A stretch of 64,000 bases of DNA from Lama guanicoe. Its lineage: Eukaryota. Within the stretch, counting starts at the first letter, position 1, and every line of letters begins with the position of its first letter. Under the pieces are notes generated by a model, which ran no database searches, was not told where the DNA came from, and worked only from the letters and a program-made list of their open reading frames with translations. The stretch lies in contig MU054026.1 of assembly GCA_013239625.1 (NCBI GenBank), forward strand, positions 62,001-126,000, written 5' to 3'. This document shows, piece after piece, positions 41,806-51,935 of the stretch. The translations under genes were made by a program, and so were the position numbers.

Positions 41806-43429
41806 ACATCCTGCCAAGTGCTTACAGATAAATCCTCATGAAATAACTCTGCTCAGAAAGCTTCAACATCCCCTCCATTGTCTTCTCGAAAAATGTTCAA
41901 CTCCTTAGATGAAAACACAATTCAAGTCTGCAAACATCTAATGAGACTCTCTTTTGTTCAAAATAGAGGGATTCAAGGAATTGAACACAAGTTGCTCTGA
42001 ACTGTTGCAGGCTAAGGAAGTTTCTAATAAAGTTTCACAAGAGGCACAAAACCCTGTCCACACTGGAAACCTGTCATCAACTTGAACGCCAACCTGCAAG
42101 TTGCCCTTCTTACCAAAAGGCAAGCCTAAACATCCCTGCCCTTTATTTGCATCCATGGACAAGAGTACCTTGACATCAGTCTAGGGAATCCAAGGCAGTC
42201 AGAGCAGAGGACTCAACAGGGAGCCACAGACCCTCACAAGCAAAAAGAGACCCCATTCTAATGTCAGGCATTGGTAGAGCATGTCATGGAGGAGCCAGAC
42301 CCCCTTATTGCCTTGCTTTGCTTGAAGGCAACTTTGAGAAATGTTTCCTACGCTGCCATTGATGCTGCCTGCCTCTGGGTTAGGGCCCCAACGTAAGGAA
42401 ATAACACCCATTGTAAACTGCCGTGGGACAAAAACTCAGACAGGGATGAACAGAATCTGAACGCTGAAAAAGTCGGACTGGATCTCAGTAGAAAAGCATG
42501 TCCTAACTGTAGCAGGCTGAAGCTTCTCACTGGAGAACTCTTTGCTAGAATGGTAACTAGAAATTAATATCAGACCGTGTTATACTCCACATACAGATTA
42601 TGGCATCCTCTCTGCTCAAGTGAAATGAGTAGTACATTAAGAGAGCTCACATATCACAAAGTATGTTCTGCTAGTCTCAGCAAGTCCCAAGTTAAAGAAC
42701 CTTCCAAGAGGTGTTAAAGGAACTTTCTGAAACAGTAGGCTCCTTCCTTGGGACTTGGAGCGAAGATCTTGGTGGAAAAAAACAGATAATGAACTACAAA
42801 CTGGATAATGGTCTACAAAAGTTCCCCTTAGTGATCTGGAAGCATTAACAATGGACTTCCATCCAAGTCCCTATTTTCCCACTGCAGGTTTATCTGCCAT
42901 TTTTTCCTTCGACTTTCTGTATCCCGTCTTCAAAAATCAGCTGGTTTCTCCCCTCTGTGGCATGGGTCCTGATTTCTTAAGTCTTCATCACTCACTGAAA
43001 TTGTCTCTCTCCATGAAGACTCAGTTGCTGCCTTCACATGGCATCTTCCCTGCTCGTCCCAGCTTAAAGCGACACTCCCTTTCCAGTTTCACAATTCTGA
43101 GCCAGTAGGGTACTCACCCTGTTGGTTTATTTTTCCTCTTCCCCCACTGAACCTTGCATATGGCATTTGTTAAATGAATTTTATAACTTGTTACTGCTAC
43201 TGCATTATGATCATCTTTATCTCATTTATTTGCCTCTAAATCTCTGTATAAAAGACTATGCTATAGCTCAGGTGAGTCAACCAGAAGGTAGAGAAAATGG
43301 AAAAGACATCAGGACCATTGTGAAACGTAAAGTTCTCGCTCCTGAGCAGGGTCCTGGCTTTGACTTCATGACCGTGACCAGCAGCTTGTGCTGCTTTTTC
43401 TTCATTTTTCTTTAAACAATGTTATTTTT

Positions 43430-43674
43430 TTTTCTTTTTTCCCAGTAAGGTTTTTTTTTTTTTGGAGATTCCTAGTGATTTCATTGAAGTACAGCCAGTT
43501 TACAATGTTTGTGTCAGTTTCTGGTGTACAGCATCACATTTCAGTAATACATATACATACATATGTTCATTTCCATATTCTTTTTTCATTATAGGTTGCT
43601 ACAAGATATTGAATATAGTTCCCTGTGCTATATGGTAGAAACTTGTTGTTTATCTATTTTATATATAGTAGTTA
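43430..43674 (-). mobile_element. 5'-truncated L1 3' UTR with a compound tail
   Basis: 43480-43674 is the reverse complement of the L1 3' UTR. TSD aatgt(t/g)attttt at 43418-43429 and 43675-43686. Confidence 0.88.
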
Positions 43675-45220
43675 AATGTGATTTTTAATTAAATAAATGA
43701 ATTACAAAGCTGATCTTTCACAAATGAAAGGAAGAGAAAGACTCCCTCGCTTTAGGAATGCAGTTGTGTTTCATTTCTCCTTTGATGGCTATATTTAGGT
43801 TGTCTTTCATGACCTTCGCAGGCAAATTCTCCCACTGTGCCGTGGAGGTTATGAGACAGAAGGGCCTGGCCTTCTCCGAGCGGCGTTCGCTCACCTCACA
43901 GAACTTACCGGGTGGTTCCAAGGAACAAATGGCTTGTGCTGGGCTCCTCAAAAATATGATTTGCATGCTTGAAATGAGATCGCCAGAGCGACTGCAGAAT
44001 ATTGCTTGCCATCACCGTCATTAAAAACAGGCAGATGCAGGAGCAGTCCCCGGGAAAACCTCCCTGCTGGGTTTTCATGGAGATAAGTGCACAAAATCCA
44101 CTTTTGAAAAGAGGTTGAATGGAATGAATCTGCCATTCACTGGCTGTCTGATGATGATTTGCTTGTTAATTGGAAGTTTAGGCTTTAGAGAAGCCTTAAC
44201 AAATTTGATTGCTAAATTCAGGAGGTTTACTCCCTCCTTACAAGCCACATTCAGAGGCATAAGTCCTACTTTTGCGTGTGTCTATGTGCTCATTTAGAAT
44301 CTCTGTGAAAAGAAACCAGCCCCCAACCCTCTTGTCAGTGGCACTTTCTGGAGTGACTTTACCTACAAACAAGGGCAAAGCATTTGGCCCGTTTGTAAGT
44401 GTCCCTACGGTCCATAAATTTGCTAGGAGGTGAGGGGACAAAGCCATGAGATAAGCTGAGATAAAGGGCAGAAATGTTATCAAATAATCTCAGTGCATAT
44501 GTCTGTCTGTTGTCCCAGCCATGTGGGAAGTGTCCAGAAGGCTGGACCCCACTTGGGGCCACCATTCACTTCTGTTGCAGATCAGCTCCACTGCTGCTGA
44601 TAAACTTAAGCAAAACTTTAAAGAGAGAGAGAGAGAGAGTGGTTGTTTGGAAATCCCGCTGTTTTTCTTTGTTCAGACACAGGCTGAGTGTCCTCTGATC
44701 TAAACAATGTCAACTAGCTGGCAAGGTGAGCGGCCCTCCGAGAAGGGTCTGCTTTATTTTTAATGACCACAGCTGCACATCTACAAAATGACTTTATCCA
44801 TCCCTGTCATTACCTGCCCAGATCAGCTTCCTCGAAGTGACCACAGGTTTCTTGCAGCCAAGGAGAATGACAACTGCCTTGTGGGGCTCCAGGAGCCGTT
44901 ATGCAAATGACCCAGACAAGAGCGCTTCCACACTGTCCCAGACCATTTCCCAGAGCTCGTGCTTCAAGGAGACAGTGGCCAGATATTCTTGTCTTCTTCC
45001 TTATTCCCAAGGGTCTAATAGTCTGGACGTACATCACGTAATAAGCCTGCACTGAACATTATTTAGGTAGCAAATGATATTAGCATGCAGTTATAACACA
45101 AATATACACTGAGATCAGTTCAAAGCAGAGGCTTACGTATAATAACTGTATTTTAAATATTTGGTAAATTAAAAGACTCTCTGTGATCCTTAGTTCTCTG
45201 AATCCCTTTGTCAAAAACAC

Positions 45221-45361
45221 GTCTATTTTTAGCTTCTCGAGGAATCTCCATACTGTTTTCCTTAATGGTCGCACCAACCTGCATTCCCACCAACAGTGTA
45301 AGAGGGTTCCCTTTTCTCCAAGAAATTGATACTTTGTAACTGACTATATTTCAATTAAAAA
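45221..45361 (+). mobile_element. Short L1 with a 5' inversion
   Basis: 45221-45320 is antisense ORF2 3' sequence (matching ~38312-38411). 45321-45361 is the sense 3' terminus with an A tail. Confidence 0.85.
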
Positions 45362-45484
45362 CCCCCACACACCTAAGTATTCCTAAGCCACAACAACCAA
45401 GAGAAGGTAAATCTGCCCCTCTAGGAGGTTAGAACTTCAGCCTCACACCCTTCTGCAGCTTATGAGACAAAGACCATTGTGGTT

Positions 45485-45960
45485 GCATTTATTTATTCAA
45501 AAGCATTTATTAGATATTATCTACATGCCAAGGTTTACGTAGATGCTGGGGATATAATGGTAAGGATGATCTCTGCTTTCAAGGATCATACAGCTCAGTG
45601 GAGACAAAATGCAGCTGAACAGCTGTAGCAGGAAAGTTTATCAAGGATGAATTATAATGGAGGTGCACCTGCCTAGTCTAAGAGGTCTAGGGAAGGCTTC
45701 CTGGAGAAAGCATCCATTATGTGGACACCTAAGGAATGACTAGGAGTGAATGGGGAGGGAGGGAGGGAGGAAGAAGACATTTTTGGCCAAGACAAGCCTC
45801 AGGTACAGAGGCCCAGATGCAAGAGGGTAGGTAACACATTCAAAGGCTAGATGACATGATGTTTAGAAGAGCCAGAGGGAAGCCCAAGTGTGGGGAAATG
45901 GTGGTGCTGATGAGGAGGGTGAGACTGGGGTTGGGGAAGAGACAGACAGGTTCAAGAAGG
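45485..45960 (-). mobile_element. L2 LINE 3' fragment
   Basis: catttatttattcaaaagcatttattag...ctacatgccaagg...gatgctggggatata...ctctgctttcaagga...gggaaggcttcctggag. Confidence 0.75.
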
Positions 45961-46012
45961 TTTTTGCATCACTGGCTCTTGGTACAGTGATCACTCAATA
46001 AATATGCCCAGA

Positions 46013-46182
46013 ACGGCACTATATACAATAGCCAAGACATGGAAACAGCCTAAAAGTCCATCAACAGACGTCTGGTTAAAGAAATTGTGGTATATTTACA
46101 CAATGGAATATTACTCTGCCATAAAAAAGAATAAAATAATGCCATTTGCATCAACGCGGATGGACCTGGAGATCGTCATTCT
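46013..46182 (+). mobile_element. Internal L1 ORF2 C-terminal fragment, no tail
   Basis: Encodes [56 protein letters not shown] and matches ~38500-38668. Confidence 0.9.
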
Positions 46183-47082
46183 CATCCTGGCAGTAATGAG
46201 GACCACGAAGAACCGTGTCCCTTGCTCAGAGTCTGGAGGAATGACCAGAGTCCCTATGTGCCATGCCTGTAACTCTGAAAATGGATCAAACCACAACAGC
46301 AACAACAAACAAATACAACTGTGAGACAAAACATATTTACACTGGAGCATTGCTGAGACCACAGAGAGACCACCTCAGTAGAAAGGGACCCAGATGGCTT
46401 TGCGTCTGACTCGCCCTCAGCACCTCCCTGAGCATGGCTCCTCCCTAGAGGACTGCATGGTCCAAACACATCACTCTTGGTTACCATGTGGGGAAGTGAA
46501 AACAGATAACGCTGCTGCTAATTACGTGTCGGAATGACGTGAGCTTTAAAAAAAATAATTTTAAAAGAAAAGATCATTCTCCCAGGAAAGTAGAGAGGGA
46601 GAAGAAAGCTAAGAGTGGACAAAGACAGGAGAAAAAACAGAAAGTGCCTCTTTGTTACTTTAACTGACCTTTTCTCATCCCAGCTCTCTGAATAATGCTA
46701 GTCCTAAAACAAGGAATTTAATCACCTCTGAAATCTCAGCCACATCCCAGCGGCACAGGAAGGCTCCTATCACAGGTACACGCTGCCGCTTGCCCGATAG
46801 GAAACAAAAGATCACAGAGGGGTTGGATATGAAAATAATGCTAAAGGAGACCCTTTGTCAGCAAAGCAGTCATTCCAGGGAAGCAGAGTTTGGGGGAGGA
46901 CCGGGTCTCATGCCACTTGAAAGCAAAGCGGGCCTCTGTCCCTTACAGTAATTGATTTCCTCCTAATATTGAGCTTCTTTTGAATTTCAAATTGTAGGAA
47001 AGGAACACATGAGATTTTTATGTTTAAAAAAGACTGAGAAATCACATGCAAACCCTAAGACAGAGCCTGGTATCTTTCAGGG

Positions 47083-47094
47083 TTTTGGTTTTTT

Positions 47095-47127
<33 letters not shown>

Positions 47128-47168
47128 CTATTTTTTTTGTTTGTTATTTTTTTTTCTTTTTTCTTTCT
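47083..47168 (+). repeat. T-rich low-complexity tract (poly-A-tail-like on the minus strand)
   Basis: About 85 bp of nearly pure T interrupted by G, C and A. Confidence 0.9.
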
Positions 47169-47174
47169 TACGTT

Positions 47175-47327
47175 NNNNNNNNNNNNNNNNNNNNNNNNNN
47201 NNNNNNNNNNNNNNNNNNNNNNNNNNNNNNNNNNNNNNNNNNNNNNNNNNNNNNNNNNNNNNNNNNNNNNNNNNNNNNNNNNNNNNNNNNNNNNNNNNNN
47301 NNNNNNNNNNNNNNNNNNNNNNNNNNN
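47175..47327. other. Assembly gap (153 N)
   Basis: Run of N. Confidence 1.
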
Positions 47328-49779
47328 TTTTTGCTATTCAAGGGTTTCAGATAGACATCAGTGTCCACACACGCTGCACAACAATGATGTCTGTTTAAAT
47401 GACGCTTGCACTGTATAAAGTCTAGGGCAAATTGATCCTTCTTCCTTTCATTCTAGATTGGGTAACTGCCCTCCTTTATCCTATGAACTTAGGATAAAAC
47501 AGGGCATGTTTATTCACCATCCTTGAGGGGAATTAAACAAGGCAGGCAGAGCGAGTAAAGAGCTAGGAAGTTTTATCCAAGGTCAGCTTTGCCTATTAGT
47601 GGGTGAGCTGGAAATAAAAGTCTGAACCACCCCCCACCCCCACTTCTTTTTCCCTGTCCTGTGGACCAAGCTGCTCTCAGTCAATAGGCAGCCAGTTATG
47701 ACGGATTCACATTCTACCCAGTGTCAATAAAAACAAAAATCAAATTTTAATCAAAACACATAACCAAGATCTACATTTCTCTTGGCCGCAATAAATCTTC
47801 CCCCAAAGGAAGCAGGCTAAAATTCTTTACATTTAAAAGATGAGCTCCGTTGGGACTCCAAATTCCAGTTCGATTTTTGAGCCGAGGCATTTTTTTTCTT
47901 TATCATGCACTTGGTGCTGTAGTGTGATAAGGGCCCCATGCAGACCATAAAGCTAATTTATCATCTGTAAGGTGTACAAAGAAAATGGTAGCTGCCTACT
48001 TGTCTGCTTGACATATGAGGTCATTTTTGCCGCTAGCTTTCTAATACTGAGCAATTTTATCAGTTATTTATATACATTAATTGTAGGTACCCATATGCTC
48101 AGTGTTGTATTTAATAATGCATTGCACTGAATATGCATTCCTTAAGTTTTAGCATGCGGCAAGCATCTTGCATTTAACTATTTGCTTTGCCTATTAAAGC
48201 CCATTCTTCAGCTATGCCATGTTACCTCCTCTCTCAGCTGAATTTATGTTTCTTTAAATCCGACTCACCCTGCTGAATCCCATTGAACTGGACAAGGCCA
48301 CCTCACAGGTCCCAAGGGCTCCAAGCAAAAACAAGCAGAGGAAGTGCCATGGTCCACTTAATAATACTCAAGCAAAAGGATTATTTGATGAATCCCTTTC
48401 CCCAAAGAACAACAGCCTATTCACGCTTCGCAGTGTAAATATCAATACAGTTCTCAGGCAACAGAGACACGGGATGCTAGACAAAGTGTGAAAAATACCA
48501 TGACAAACAGCTATGCCCGAGTGATTTCTTAACAAGCAAGAGGAAGTCAGTTCACACATCCAAAGCAATCCCAACCCCCTACTCTTTGAGCCCCACCCCC
48601 AATTTGGTCCCCAAGAAAAGAAGACAAAGGTTAGTGGAATCTTTGACTAACTGAGTGCTTTAGTCATTTCTACATGCTAGGAGAATCTCACTTCCTGGTA
48701 AGGAGACAAGAAGTCCAGACTGTCACTCACCTTCAGAGATATCTTCCCACAAGCTCACATGTCACAGATATTACCACTTGCATCACAAAATTAACTGCTG
48801 TAGGACAAGAACTTAAATGGCTCTGATCAAAGACAAACAATTTCTATGGGTATAATAATCTATAAAGTATTATCTCTTGAATGCCTTAGCTCAGAATAAA
48901 TTTCCACAGGAGCTTTTGTTACCCAGCAGAACAAAGGCAAGGTATAGCTTTGATCCCAGGAAAAAAAAAAGAATCAAGGAAGCTAGACCCAAGTAAAATG
49001 CAGTAGATGGGGGACTGGTCTAGGCAAAGCCAATTTCAGTGCCCGGGTGCTGAGGTGGGCAGGTGACCAAAGGAAGCAGAGGTGCGGAGCTGGCAGTGTG
49101 GGCAGGAGGACAGTCCGGTTCCTCTTCCTGCCCATGTCTGTGATTTACATGATGTGGGTTATGTATTTGGCATTTAAACGTGTTTAGACGTCCTGCTACA
49201 ACTGGATACCTTGAAACCACACAGGAAACAAATAACGTAGTTCCTCCCAAACCCCTCAGCTCTGGTTTGTGTCCTATTTGCTTGATGCAGCTGCTGCCTA
49301 TGTGAATGGGAGAATCCATGTATAAATGCTGAAATTCCCCCCTTTTTTTTCTGTAGAACCCTGAACCTGTAGCTTTCACGCATGGTAAACTAGACATGGA
49401 GATTAGGTTGTGATGAAAACTCCTATGTACCCTTTTGGTTACCAAGCCACCAAGAAGGACTATTCCAGCTGGCTTGGCGGTTCAGCCTTACCAGACATTT
49501 CAATGCTAAATCTTTTATTTGAATTGATCATTAGTTAAAGCCCATTTGGGTTAGCCTGTAACACTGGTCAAAGAATTCTGGGTCAGATGATAACCTGTGT
49601 CATTGCACCTGATCCTTTAAACGTCCTTTCATCCTACCTCTGAGCCATCTGCATTAAAACCTTCCTTCTTTTCAAGAGAACAGCTTAGAGTTGTCAGTCC
49701 CATGTCTGCCCAAACACTGAGGTCAGGAGAATGCATTAGATCCTTCAGAATCAACTATTAAGTAAAAACCAAAGGAATC

Positions 49780-50105
49780 CAGAATGTGGTCAGAGGAACA
49801 CAAGAAGGAGATAGGGAAGAAACAGCTAAAGATATAGGAAGAAATCCGAGGGTATGGTTTCCAAGGAGCCAAAGGAAGAGTATTCTAAAACTTGAGAAGA
49901 GGTTAGTGGTCACAAATACTGCTGATAAGGCAGGGAAGGTAAGTGTCCCTCAGTTCAGAAGCAGAAAGACTTTTGATAAGCTTAACAAGATTAACTGCAG
50001 GGAATGGTGAGGGTGAGAGCCAGGTGGCAATGGATTGAGAAGGGGTAAACCAGGAGGTAAATATAGTGAGTGAGGAGAAGAACTCTTTCAAGATGTTGAC
50101 ATAGG
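49780..50105 (-). mobile_element. L2 LINE fragment (target of the young L1)
   Basis: ataggaagaaatccgagggtatggtttccaaggagccaaaggaagagtattct...gtggtcacaaatactgctgataagg is L2 antisense-like. Confidence 0.65.
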
Positions 50106-50379
50106 CTTGTTTATCTATTCTACAATTTTGAAATCCCAGTCTATCCAAAATTGTAGACTAGATAAACAAGATTATACTGTATAGCACAGGGAAATATACA
50201 CAAAATGTTATGGTAACTCACAGAGAAAAAAATGTGACAATGAGTGGGTATATGTCCATGAATGACTGAAAAATTGTGCTGAACACTGGAATTTGACACG
50301 ATATTGTAAAATGATTATAAATCAATAAAAAATGTTTAAAAAATAAATAAGTAAATAAAATACAACTCTTAGCTTAAAA
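50106..50379 (+). mobile_element. Young truncated L1 with 5' inversion-duplication and extra 3' sequence
   Basis: L1 3' UTR (aacaagattatactgtatagcacaggg...aaatcaataaaaaatg). 16-bp TSD aa(g/a)atgttgacatagg at 50090-50105 and 50380-50395. Confidence 0.92.
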
Positions 50380-50449
50380 AAAATGTTGACATAGGGAGCA
50401 AAAGAGAAATACAGAATTGGAAGGACTCTTTTCTTTTTAAGATGAAGGA

Positions 50450-51935
50450 AAATATGGAATTTCAAGGAACCATGAATAGCCAAAACAATGTTGTAAAAGA
50501 ACAAAGTTGGAGGTCTCCCACTTCCTAATTTCAAAACGTACTACAAAGTTACACTACTCAAAACAGTATGAGATTGCCATAAAGATAGACAGAATTGAGA
50601 GCCCAGAATTAAACCCATGCACATACGGTCAAATAATTTTTGATAAGGTTGCCAAGATCATTCAATGGGGAAAGGAGACTCTTTTCAGTGAATGGTTCTG
50701 GTAAGTCTAGATACGCAAAAGAATGAAACTGAACCCTTACCGTACACCATATACAAACATTAGTTCAAAATAGATTAAAGGCATAAAAGTAAGAAGTAAA
50801 ACTATAAAAATCTTAGGAAAAACATATGGGGGAAATCTACATGACATTAGATTTGGCAATGATTTCTTGGATAAGACACCAAAAGCAAAGGCAACAAAAA
50901 CACAAAAATAGATAAACTGGACATCATCAAAATGTGAAACTTTAGTGCATCAAAGGACACTAGCCACAAAGTGAAAAAAGAACTCACAGATTGGGAGGAA
51001 ATATTTGCAAATCAAATATCTGATAAGAGATTTCTATCCAGAGTACATAAAGAATTTCTACAACTTAACAACCACAGCAAAGACAAATAAATAACCCAAT
51101 GTAAAGAGGGGCATAGGATTTGAATAGATGTTTTTCCAAAGATAAATAAATGGCCAGTAAGTGCATGAAAAGATGTTTAGCATCATGAATTATTAGATAA
51201 ATTCAAATCAAAATCTCAATTTGGTATCACCTCACGCTAATTAGGATGGTTTTAAATTTTTAAAAAATACCCAAAACCCAGAAAATAATAGGTGTGGATG
51301 AGGATGTAAAGAAATCAGAACATTTGTGCACTGCTGGTGGGAACGTAAGATGGAGCCTCTGTGGAAAACAGCATAGAAGTTCCTCCAAAAAAATTAAGCA
51401 TATTATCTTATGATTCAGCAACTCCACTCCCAGGTATACACCCCAAAGAATTGAATACAGAAACATTTGTACACTCAAGTTCATTAGAGTAATATTCACA
51501 ATAGCTGAGAGGTAGAAGCAACCCAAGTGCCCATCAAGAAATGAATGGACAAAATGTGATGTATCCATACCATGGAATATTACTTAGTCTTAAAAAAGGA
51601 AGGAGCAAGGATGATCCTGAAGAAATGATGCTAAGTGGAATAAGCCAGACACAAAAGATATACTCTATGGTTCCTCTTATTTGAGGTACCTAGAGTAGTC
51701 AAGTTCATAGAGACAGAAGGTAGAACAGTGGCCACCAGAAGATGGGGAAAGGAAGGAAATGGGGAGTTTGGGTTTAATGAATGCAGTTTCCACTGGGAAA
51801 GATGAAATTTTTTCTGGAGATGTATAGTGGCAATTGTTGCACGATAATGTGAATGGACTTAATGCCATAGGATGGTACATTTCAAAGCAGTTACAGTGGT
51901 AAATTTCATGTTATGTGCATTTTACCATAAAAGAA
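50450..51935 (+). mobile_element. Old 5'-truncated L1 (L1MB-like)
   Basis: ORF2 remnant RIESPELNPCTYGQIIFDKVAKIIQWGKETLFSEWFW. 3' end tggtaaatttcatgttatgtgcattttaccataaaa. Confidence 0.9.

Noticed and set aside
47009..47418. ORFs rich in F and X
   Set aside because: Artefacts of the poly-T tract and the N gap.
49020..49445. 141-aa minus-strand ORF
   Set aside because: Non-ATG start, no recognisable homology, and no coding-like features.
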